Translations under genes and position numbers: made by a program | The notes under the pieces: generated by a model | Seen by the model: only the letters and a program-made list of their open reading frames with translations | What the model was told of the DNA's origin: nothing | Databases searched by the model: none | Assembly (NCBI GenBank): GCA_046482725.1 | Contig: JAWOEN010000036.1 | Location: 1 to 39,888, forward strand | Length of the DNA: 39,888 nucleotides | From: Candidatus Cloacimonadales bacterium | GTDB taxonomy: Bacteria > Cloacimonadota > Cloacimonadia > Cloacimonadales > TCS61 | Reading direction: 5' to 3' | In this document: one piece after another, positions 1 to 8,083 of the stretch | Layout: every line of letters starts with the position of its first letter | How positions within the stretch are numbered: position 1 is the first letter of the stretch

Positions 1-585
1 ATAGCACTTTGCCTTGACTCTTTCGCCTATCAGGCGGCTCGGAACCGAGTAACTGTTCCGCGCCACACGGATGGTGCTCCAGCTCGTCACTCTCGGCTCC
101 AGGTAAATGTTTTGCTGAAACCACACAATTACCTCTACACCAAATATGCTTCCCAAAATTGGGAACAGCGCTTGCAAGATTTTGCCGCTACTCACGAAAA
201 TGTGAGCTTTGTCACCAATCCCAATACTCAAGAACTGTATCCGCTAGCTGATATCATGATCACTGATACCGACACAACTGCAGCTTTGGAATATTCGATT
301 TTGGGCAAACCGCTTATCATAAATTATGATGCCCAGTGGTTTGCCGAAAATAGTTCTGTGGATATAGAACGCGATCTTTGTGATCTGGCTTTTCGCTATC
401 AGACCCTGCCCCAGCTGGAAACTTTGCTACAAAAATTACTGCAGGCTCCAGATAAATCTGAGCTGCAAAAGCAAAAACTAAGGCAGAAACAAATTGTAGA
501 AAAATATTTATACCAGCCAGGATTGGCTACACAAAAAGCAGTAAAAGCGATCTATCAAATATGGGAGATGAAATATGGGAGATGA
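1..585 (+). CDS. CDP-glycerol glycerophosphotransferase (TagB/TagF) family protein, C-terminal fragment; the 5' end lies outside the window
   Basis: Frame 1 is open from nt 1, whereas the ORF track starts at an internal TTG (112). 'VNVLLKPHNYLY..NWEQRL..VSFVTNPNTQELYPLADIMITDTDT' aligns closely with the C-terminal half of the 1744-2958 product ('INLLIKPHHYLY..NWEARL..VTLVTRPNTQELYPLADLMISDTGT'). Similarity to the paralogue is clear only from about nt 100 onward. Confidence 0.6.
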   Translation: MALCLDSFAYQAARNRVTVPRHTDGAPARHSRLQVNVLLKPHNYLYTKYASQNWEQRLQDFAATHENVSFVTNPNTQELYPLADIMITDTDTTAALEYSILGKPLIINYDAQWFAENSSVDIERDLCDLAFRYQTLPQLETLLQKLLQAPDKSELQKQKLRQKQIVEKYLYQPGLATQKAVKAIYQIWEMKYGR

Positions 586-588
586 AAT
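561..588 (+). repeat. Perfect 14-nt tandem duplication (atgggagatgaaat x2) spanning the stop of the upstream gene and the start of the OpgC-like gene
   Basis: Read directly: 561-574 equals 575-588. The unit contains a GGGAGA Shine-Dalgarno-like motif plus an ATG. Confidence 0.9.
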
Positions 589-1735
589 GGGAAAAAATGA
601 AAAAATAGTTCGTGATTTACGAATCGATTTCTTTCGAGGAATTGCCTTATTGATTATTGTGGCTAACCACATCGATCTATTTTCGCAAAAGTTCTATTTT
701 AAATTTTCTTTTAAATGGCTTCATCCAAATTTTTCGGATGCTGCAGAAATATTTGTTTTTCTTTCTGGATACGTTTATGGATTGGTTTACTACAAATATC
801 TTCTTAGAAACAATTTTAAGAAACTGTATTTTAAATCGTTCTTACGAGCAGTTCAACTCTATGTGATAAATCTGTTTACCTTGGTAATAATCTTAGCACT
901 TTATAGTTTTTTCCAGTTATATTTAGAACCCAATATAATAGCAGCCGGAGGATGTGCCCACTTTTTTTCAAATCCCAAACTGGCGTTAATTTACTCTACA
1001 ATCATGCTATATGCACCAGCTTTAATCAATGTTTTACCATTGTATATTGTCTTGCTGCTCACAATGCCTTTCTTCTTAAAAATTATGCAAAAAAATCGTA
1101 TAGTTGCTCTTCTCATCTCATTTGCCATCTATCTTTTACCTCATATTTTCACGCAGGTAAATTTTCCAGCCTATCCATTTGATCTAAACACCTCCTTCCC
1201 TTGGAGTCGAGGCTGGGCTTTCAATCCTTTCGCTTGGCAATTCCTCTTTGTAATAGCTATGTTTATTTCTGTTTCGTTAAAATATCATAAGCTAAAAATA
1301 CCACATAATAAAATTCTTATCTCAATTGCTATCTCATTGTTAATAGTAGCTACAATTCCTAGATTCAGCTTTATTTTGCAAAAATATGGTTTGATGGAAA
1401 CAAATTGGATTGGTCAGGTACCAGGCTTGAGTAAACGTGCTCTTTCGCCCCTCCGATTTGTCCATTTTTTCTCATTACTTTATCTAGTGAAACTCATCTT
1501 CCCTATCGATGCAAAATTTTTTCAGAGCAAAATTGCCCTACCTTTTATCAGGTGTGGTCAGCACTCCTTAGAAGTTTTCAGTTTTGGGATCATTCTGACT
1601 TACGCTAGTTATTATACATTGGAATATGTAGGAATAAATGAATTTTATTCTTATCTTATTACCTTTATTAGCTGGGGGTTAATGCTAGTTTGGGCAAAAT
1701 ATTTGGAAAACAAAAAATCATTTCAAAGAAAATAG
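575..1735 (+). CDS. OpgC-like integral membrane protein (putative polysaccharide O-acyl/succinyl transferase family)
   Basis: The N-terminus 'RDLRIDFFRGIALLIIVANH' matches the characteristic OpgC-family start, and the rest of the protein is polytopic and hydrophobic. GGGAGA lies 6 nt upstream of ATG 575; ATG 587 is an alternative start. Confidence 0.55.
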   Translation: MGDEMGKNEKIVRDLRIDFFRGIALLIIVANHIDLFSQKFYFKFSFKWLHPNFSDAAEIFVFLSGYVYGLVYYKYLLRNNFKKLYFKSFLRAVQLYVINLFTLVIILALYSFFQLYLEPNIIAAGGCAHFFSNPKLALIYSTIMLYAPALINVLPLYIVLLLTMPFFLKIMQKNRIVALLISFAIYLLPHIFTQVNFPAYPFDLNTSFPWSRGWAFNPFAWQFLFVIAMFISVSLKYHKLKIPHNKILISIAISLLIVATIPRFSFILQKYGLMETNWIGQVPGLSKRALSPLRFVHFFSLLYLVKLIFPIDAKFFQSKIALPFIRCGQHSLEVFSFGIILTYASYYTLEYVGINEFYSYLITFISWGLMLVWAKYLENKKSFQRK

Positions 1736-1743
1736 AGGTTTCT

Positions 1744-2958
1744 ATGAGTAGACTTATAAAATTGATTTTATCAAACCCATTGGCAATTTTTGAGATAATC
1801 TATTATTGGATTAAGCTTTTCTTTATGCACACTCGAGGTAGAAAATTAGTTGTTTTTAATTCACATCACGATTATTTCATCGATATTTTTAATCCGATTC
1901 ATTTAGAATTAAAAGACTATCGAGGCATAGATATCTATTATTCAATCGATACTGATGATAAAAAAATGTATTCTGCTTTAGAAGAAAAAGATCTTCATGC
2001 AAAAATAATCTCTAATAAAATTTCTCCATTTATACCCTTTGATCTATTTATCTGCTCGGAAATTACGGGACCTGATTTCCCCTTTAAGCTTCTTAAGACA
2101 AAGAAGTTGATCACCTATCATGGTAATGGAATTTCTGGTTTCCACAAAAAAATCGATGTAATAAAAAGGTTTGATGCCCATTTTGCAATCGGACCTAAGT
2201 TTAATCAGTTCTTAGAATCAATTTATCCGAATGAGAAGCTGCCTAGAATCTATAATGTGGGCTACCCCAAACTTGATATTCTATTGCAAGAGAATAAACT
2301 AACGAAAAAGCTCAAGCAACTTTATAAGATTAGGGCTGATAAGCCAACAATTTTGTATGCCCCGCACTGGAACCCTTTTGGCTCACTTCATTATTTTGAT
2401 ACTAAAATCATCGATAATCTAGTGCAATATGACATAAACCTGCTGATAAAACCTCACCATTATCTCTATGCCCAATATCCCGAAGCCAACTGGGAAGCAC
2501 GCTTAAAAAAATATGATGAAAAATATCGCAATGTGACTTTAGTAACTCGGCCCAATACACAAGAGCTATACCCATTAGCAGATTTGATGATCTCCGATAC
2601 AGGCACCTCAGCTCCTTTTGAATTCTGTATTTTGCAAAAGCCACTTTTCGTATTTGCCAATAAAGAGTGGTTTGAGGAATTTCCCGATGAAGATAATAGT
2701 GAAGAAGAGGCAATCTTGGCAGCATCAATCTGTTTTGAAGAATTTGAACAGTTTAGAGCAATGTTTCAAGAATTCATAGATCAATCAGCACTATTTCTGC
2801 AGCAATTAGCAGCGCAGAAATCACGACAGAAACATTTGATAGATTGCTTACTCTACAATCCCGGCCAAGCTACTGAGAAAGCGGTGGCTGCTATTTTAAG
2901 AGAGCTGGATCTTCAGCCCGCTGCAAAACAATCTGAACAATCTCGGGCTGACAATTAA
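1744..2958 (+). CDS. CDP-glycerol glycerophosphotransferase (TagB/TagF) family protein
   Basis: 'ILYAPHWNPFG', 'KPHHYLY' and 'NTQELYPLADLMISDTGTSAPFEF' are typical of the Glyphos_transf C-terminal domain. The start was moved to ATG 1744 because AGAGG lies 5 nt upstream; the track's start at 1690 overlaps the upstream gene. Confidence 0.7.
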   Translation: MSRLIKLILSNPLAIFEIIYYWIKLFFMHTRGRKLVVFNSHHDYFIDIFNPIHLELKDYRGIDIYYSIDTDDKKMYSALEEKDLHAKIISNKISPFIPFDLFICSEITGPDFPFKLLKTKKLITYHGNGISGFHKKIDVIKRFDAHFAIGPKFNQFLESIYPNEKLPRIYNVGYPKLDILLQENKLTKKLKQLYKIRADKPTILYAPHWNPFGSLHYFDTKIIDNLVQYDINLLIKPHHYLYAQYPEANWEARLKKYDEKYRNVTLVTRPNTQELYPLADLMISDTGTSAPFEFCILQKPLFVFANKEWFEEFPDEDNSEEEAILAASICFEEFEQFRAMFQEFIDQSALFLQQLAAQKSRQKHLIDCLLYNPGQATEKAVAAILRELDLQPAAKQSEQSRADN

Positions 2959-3820
2959 AACGAACCGGCACCATACTGCAGCCTACCCCACTAGAAGTAT
3001 AACCCTGAAGATTTTGGTATTGCCATTGGCCAGATAAGAGGTGATATGGTACGGGCGCTTCCTTGACCAAGATGATTTTACCCGGCAAACAAATCTGCCC
3101 CGCATGAGTATGCCCGGACAGCATCAGATCATATTTTCGTTCTGCAGCTTCTTGATAAAACTCTGGTGAATGTGAAATTAGCATCCTGAAACCTGCCTCC
3201 TGCAGCTGAGATTCAGCCAACTCAAAATCAGCAGAATTGTAATAATGTCCATCATCCAAACCTACCACAGTAATAGATTGCTTACCCCGAAAAATTTGTA
3301 TTGATTCATTCAACAAAACCTGTACTCCCATTTTCTCCAGTTCCAAGCCCAGCTCATAATCATCATGATTGCCCAGAACAGCGTAGACAGGAGTTTTATT
3401 TACTAGTCTTGGAATCAGCCAGCGCAATTGTTTATAAGTAAAGGCAGGATTGCCAGCAACTCGGAAGCGATAGTCTCCTCCTAAAATCAAACATTCATAT
3501 TCCAAATCAGCACATCTTTGCCAAACCAGTTCAGCTAAACTCAGAAAGCCATCAATATGCAGGTCGGAGATAAAGAGAAATTTATACCCATCAAATTCTC
3601 TCGGCAATTTAGCAAAGCCCAAGCAGACATTTTGCAGCTTGATCTTCTGAGCATTTGCAAAGCCCAGATTGTAGAGCTGGCTCCAGCTTAAGATTTTACT
3701 GATCACTCTGCTCAAGGTTAGCGAATTTTCCGGATGAAATTTTTTCTTTGTCTCTCTGGTCACCAGCTTATAATGCTGGCCTATCTCAGCTAATCGCCTC
3801 TGCTGACTTCTGGGTCTCAT
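2891..3820 (-). CDS. Calcineurin-like metallophosphoesterase (YkuE-like)
   Basis: Canonical motifs are present in order: 'ISDLHIDG', 'GGDY', 'LGNHD', 'GHTHAGQ'. The start overlaps the upstream stop by 1 nt (TGATG). Confidence 0.8.
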   Translation of the reverse strand: MRPRSQQRRLAEIGQHYKLVTRETKKKFHPENSLTLSRVISKILSWSQLYNLGFANAQKIKLQNVCLGFAKLPREFDGYKFLFISDLHIDGFLSLAELVWQRCADLEYECLILGGDYRFRVAGNPAFTYKQLRWLIPRLVNKTPVYAVLGNHDDYELGLELEKMGVQVLLNESIQIFRGKQSITVVGLDDGHYYNSADFELAESQLQEAGFRMLISHSPEFYQEAAERKYDLMLSGHTHAGQICLPGKIILVKEAPVPYHLLSGQWQYQNLQGYTSSGVGCSMVPVRFNCQPEIVQIVLQRAEDPALLK

Positions 3821-5754
3821 CAGGGAAGATAAATATAACTTTCGTCGATGTTTTCAGGTAGATTATGATACCAATTTTGCTGCAAGGTGCCAGAGGATTC
3901 TGCCCACTCGGCAAAATTTCGATAAGCCCAAGTGATCTCTTTCCGCTCTTGGGGATATTGCCACTGCAGCGGGATATTCAAGGCCCAGGGTAGATTATTA
4001 TTGCTTTTATAAAATCGACCTGCTGCTGGACTAGAATTATCATCTTCAGTGCCAAACAAGCTGAGATCTGCTTTGGAGGTAGGTGGGTAGTCAGGCAGAT
4101 GTATCTCTTTGCTAATATCTCCATTTATTCGCAAAAAGGGATTGTAAGGCAATTGATAAGCCAGATCTTCCAAGACCAATGGCGTCTGCAGAGTTAGCCC
4201 AAAGCTCACACTTTGCGGAGAAAAATATTCCATACTCTCTTCTGTATTGACGAAACCGGAGCCGGGTGGGTTCATGATATCATAGGCATCATCAAAGATA
4301 TTTACAATTAAGAGTGGATTATCATATTCAAAATCTACCTGCCCCGCCAAATCAGCTATATTACTAGGATCCACCGGTAATTCCAGAGCAAAACCATTGT
4401 GATAGGCTGCTCCGATTGCTCTTACTTTGATCTGACCGATGATATCTATTAGCCTGTTGTTGGGAGTATGGATAGTTTGGAAATTATAGCCCAGCACCAG
4501 ATCGTTCATATCATAATCACCCTGGCGCGGCCAATAATCTTCGAAAGCCAGAGTTCCCCAGCTATCTTCTGCCGGGTAATAATTATCAAAAGCTCGCTGT
4601 GGATCATCAGGATAATCGTCATAAAGATCACTGATGCCATCATTATCACTGTCTTGCACAATATCCAGAGGATTGACGTTTTCGGTGCTAATCGCCTCGA
4701 TGGGGTTGGAAGTAACATAAAAAACAGCATCATTGAAATCATCGTCTCCCTCCGGCCTTCTCAAATCCTCAAAGCCGAGCAAAAATTTTCCGCTCTCTTC
4801 ATCGTGCAGCAAAACCACGTGCTGTTGATGGGCAGGATCTGGCTCGGGATTATAATCTGAGTTGGAGTAATATCTGGTCCTGGTTTCGCTCACAGAACCA
4901 TAATTCCAGCCATTGGCTACCAAAAACCAGCCGATAACCGTACCTGCTTCAAAGCTTCCCAAATAGACTTTGTCTCCCGAATGCATACCGTCGGGAAAGA
5001 TAGAGACATTGGGAAAAATTATATTATGCTCCAGTTCCGCAGGATCTGCCGGTGCACCCGAATCCAATGAATAAGTATAGTAGCCCAGACTATTCTGATA
5101 GCCGGCACCTTCCTGCACAAAAGTTATCCAAACTTCAGCATCTGCTTCCACCACAGTATTCAGCATCGAGCCAGCTTGCAAATAGTCGGGATGATAATCG
5201 GAAACCGGATAACGCTCAGGCAGCGAAGCATCGACTCGCTGCAAAAAATCCGAGCTGATATAGTCTGTCTGCATATCAATCGGTATGCCGTTAGCATCAA
5301 ATTCTGTCACATATTCAAACCCATCTCTAGAAGTATCTACTCCTACTCTTACCGAACGTTGGGACACTCCACCGATTTGCCACTCCACCTGATTATTTTC
5401 GATAGGTAAAGTTTGGGTGCGCATAAATCCCATAACGGTCAATGAATCTAAACTGGTGGGCAAATTGAGCACTGTCTTATACTCTCCCGCCTGGTTAGTA
5501 GCGCCTCGTGCTAAGATCTTGCCGCCTGATGCTGCAGGTTTATCCATCACTCGAAAAAAGATATGGGGAACCGGTAAATTCCCATTATCCAAAAATGTGA
5601 TTTTTACCTCCACCTCTTGCACAGTTTCATAGCCAAACTGCTCAGAAATCGCCAACTCATCCATCATATCTTTGCTGGATGGATTTTTCTCTTCCAAAAG
5701 ATCGCAACCTAATAAAGATAGAATTATCAAAATCATTATCATACTATTTTTCAT
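3820..5754 (-). CDS. Lipoprotein with DUF4114-like and LruC-like domains
   Basis: The signal peptide has a lipobox ('ILSLLGC'). 'GFEDLRRPEGDDDFNDAVFYV' is a DUF4114-type motif and 'EDYWPRQGDYDMNDLVLGY' is an LruC-type motif. AAGGAG precedes the ATG. Confidence 0.55.
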   Translation of the reverse strand: MKNSMIMILIILSLLGCDLLEEKNPSSKDMMDELAISEQFGYETVQEVEVKITFLDNGNLPVPHIFFRVMDKPAASGGKILARGATNQAGEYKTVLNLPTSLDSLTVMGFMRTQTLPIENNQVEWQIGGVSQRSVRVGVDTSRDGFEYVTEFDANGIPIDMQTDYISSDFLQRVDASLPERYPVSDYHPDYLQAGSMLNTVVEADAEVWITFVQEGAGYQNSLGYYTYSLDSGAPADPAELEHNIIFPNVSIFPDGMHSGDKVYLGSFEAGTVIGWFLVANGWNYGSVSETRTRYYSNSDYNPEPDPAHQQHVVLLHDEESGKFLLGFEDLRRPEGDDDFNDAVFYVTSNPIEAISTENVNPLDIVQDSDNDGISDLYDDYPDDPQRAFDNYYPAEDSWGTLAFEDYWPRQGDYDMNDLVLGYNFQTIHTPNNRLIDIIGQIKVRAIGAAYHNGFALELPVDPSNIADLAGQVDFEYDNPLLIVNIFDDAYDIMNPPGSGFVNTEESMEYFSPQSVSFGLTLQTPLVLEDLAYQLPYNPFLRINGDISKEIHLPDYPPTSKADLSLFGTEDDNSSPAAGRFYKSNNNLPWALNIPLQWQYPQERKEITWAYRNFAEWAESSGTLQQNWYHNLPENIDESYIYLP

Positions 5755-5786
5755 ATAAACTCCTTTTTCAGATGAAATAGATAACC

Positions 5787-7316
5787 TTATTTTTTAAAAC
5801 GTCTACTGATAAATTCCTGAAATTGTGCTCTCTCCCACTTGTAGGTACCAAATCTATAATAGACTAGAATAAAAAACAGTGATGTCAACGCCAATAGCAA
5901 GAGTAATGTCAGAAAATTTTCAGGGTAAAAATAGTGTTTTAAACCCAGCGCAAAGAGCAGTGTGAGCGCCCCGATCCATAAACTGTGCAGTACAGATTGG
6001 CGGAAATATTGAAGTAGGCTAATCTGAGAAAATTTTAAACCCAGAGGGATATTGAAGCTCACAGTAAGAATAGCATTGGGAATCAGAGTGCCCAAAGCAA
6101 CTCCGATAATGCCATAATATCTGATCAGATAAATACTCAATCCCAGATTCATAGCGCATTCGATAATCGCTACTATCGATAGCTTTCGATAATGATTTCC
6201 CATCAATAAGATCTTGACGGAAGTACTGCGGAAAAACACGATCAGATACATCGAGAGCAGCAGCAATACTGCTACCAGCTGCCCATCAGCGTCATCCAGT
6301 TCCAACCAGATCTTTAGCAGTGGACGTACAAAAACAACCAGTGGCACAAACATCAAAGTGGAGATTACTCCCATCAGACGATTTGATTCGATCATAATCT
6401 TGCCCAACTTATCTTCTTGGTTACTGGCAAAAAGTGTAGCAGCAACCGGCGCCAGATTATCCAGAAATTGCGAGGCAAAAGTCTTGAACGTCATCGCCAA
6501 TTTGGATGAAATCTGATATACTGCAATCAGTGAAACCGAGGCAAAAACAGAGATCACCAATTGATCAGTCTGATAGATGATGAGATTGCTAAAGGAAATG
6601 ATATAGGCAAAGAGCGAAAAACTCATCACCTCTTTCAGTAATTTGAAATCGTATAGTTTGAAACTAATTTTTAGAGTTGGAATACTTTTATAAGAGTAGA
6701 AAGCCATCACAATATTGGTCAATAGAGCAGTTCCAATCGTGACAATAGTCATGCCCCACAAGGCCAATCCAGAGTGAATCACCCAGAGCATCAAACCAAA
6801 ATTGAGTAGATTGAAAATTATCTGAATATTGTTACGCAACTTGATCTTATGTAATCCGCGTAAGACCTCCACAAAAAAACCACTGGGAAAAACTACTGCT
6901 GTTCCCACTCCAAACATGATGAAGATTTTCTTATAATAGAGCAGATCACTGTTGGCAGAAAACTGAAACATATTTTGCAAGTTTCCTGCTAGGAAAAAAG
7001 AGACTGCCGCAATCAGAATTGCCAGAAAACTATAATTGAAAAAAACCGTGCTCAGTAAACGATTGTATTTATGCCAATCTTCTGTAACAATAGTCTGGCT
7101 GGTAGATTTTTGGATAGCGGCACCAAAGCCAAAATCCAGTAAAAGTGAGTAGCCAAAAATAGACCACAACAAAGCCCACAGACCGTATTCTTCTCGGCTC
7201 AACCCCAAAAAGAGTGTCCGCGTCAAAAATATAGTTACGATCATCATGGTTACCAATTTTCCATAATTGGAAATAGTATTGGCAATCATAGTCTTGCGCA
7301 AGCCGCTCCCAGCCAT
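5787..7316 (-). CDS. Polysaccharide biosynthesis protein / oligosaccharide flippase (Wzx-like, MOP superfamily)
   Basis: About 500 aa and polytopic, probably around 12-14 TM helices. It sits within a glycan locus, and its start overlaps the upstream stop by 1 nt (TAATG). Confidence 0.7.
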   Translation of the reverse strand: MAGSGLRKTMIANTISNYGKLVTMMIVTIFLTRTLFLGLSREEYGLWALLWSIFGYSLLLDFGFGAAIQKSTSQTIVTEDWHKYNRLLSTVFFNYSFLAILIAAVSFFLAGNLQNMFQFSANSDLLYYKKIFIMFGVGTAVVFPSGFFVEVLRGLHKIKLRNNIQIIFNLLNFGLMLWVIHSGLALWGMTIVTIGTALLTNIVMAFYSYKSIPTLKISFKLYDFKLLKEVMSFSLFAYIISFSNLIIYQTDQLVISVFASVSLIAVYQISSKLAMTFKTFASQFLDNLAPVAATLFASNQEDKLGKIMIESNRLMGVISTLMFVPLVVFVRPLLKIWLELDDADGQLVAVLLLLSMYLIVFFRSTSVKILLMGNHYRKLSIVAIIECAMNLGLSIYLIRYYGIIGVALGTLIPNAILTVSFNIPLGLKFSQISLLQYFRQSVLHSLWIGALTLLFALGLKHYFYPENFLTLLLLLALTSLFFILVYYRFGTYKWERAQFQEFISRRFKK

Positions 7317-8083
7317 TATTCAGCCTCCTCTTCAGCCTGTTCCAAGCTAAAGCTAACCACCCGATTGAGCTGATAATCCAATTTCTGATTCTCTTCACTC
7401 AGCGAAATTCTCTCACCGTGGATAATAATCTTTATCTCATTGTCAACCTGCTGAGCCAAAAATTTCTTCACTGCCAAGCCACGCCGATAGGAAAGCTGCC
7501 GATTGTATTCTGCACTTCCTCGCTCATCAGCATGAGCATGAACGATCAAAATATAAGCAGGATTTTCTGATAAAAATTTAACCAGATCAGTCATTTTGGA
7601 TTTTTCACTCTCGGCCAAATCGGCGCTATCAAAAGCAAAATAGATCTGGGGCAGCTTTATCAGCTGCTTTTCTGTAACTACTTTGATGATCTCCACGACT
7701 TCTTCTGCTGCTTCAACTTGCTCGCTAGATTCGATTTCTGCTAAATACTCTTCCTGAATTGCCGATTTTTCTTCGATCTCGACTCGCTCTTTGGCCTGAT
7801 AATCCATGAAAATCGTCATTTGCGGCGGAATAGGTGGAACTTTTAGATAGATATTTTGCGGAAACTGACTCTCATAGAAAGGCTCTGCTTTGATATTGAT
7901 AAATTTAGATTTTTCATACCAAATTGTGGTGGTCAGCGGACTAATCCCCACATATTCGTTGTTCACATAGATCTTAGCTGCTGTGGGCTGAGTTTTGATC
8001 AGGATCTTGGCTTTGCTTACACCACGTGGAATCGAGGAACAGCCGACTAGAACCAGAAAAATGAGATAGATAAAACGTTTCAT
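7316..8083 (-). CDS. PEGA-domain / OmpA-family (peptidoglycan-binding) lipoprotein
   Basis: Lipobox 'LVGCSS'. A PEGA-like segment reads 'IKTQPTAAKIYVNNEYVGISP'. The C-terminal OmpA-like domain reads 'IYFAFDSADL...HADERGSAEYNRQLSYRRGLAVKKFL'. Confidence 0.75.
   Translation of the reverse strand: MKRFIYLIFLVLVGCSSIPRGVSKAKILIKTQPTAAKIYVNNEYVGISPLTTTIWYEKSKFINIKAEPFYESQFPQNIYLKVPPIPPQMTIFMDYQAKERVEIEEKSAIQEEYLAEIESSEQVEAAEEVVEIIKVVTEKQLIKLPQIYFAFDSADLAESEKSKMTDLVKFLSENPAYILIVHAHADERGSAEYNRQLSYRRGLAVKKFLAQQVDNEIKIIIHGERISLSEENQKLDYQLNRVVSFSLEQAEEEAE

Noticed and set aside
657-1182. Same-strand alternative-frame ORFs (657-866, 952-1182) inside the OpgC-like gene
   Set aside because: They are nested in a longer ORF that has a family-typical N-terminus and a continuous TM pattern. 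Nothing independent supports them.
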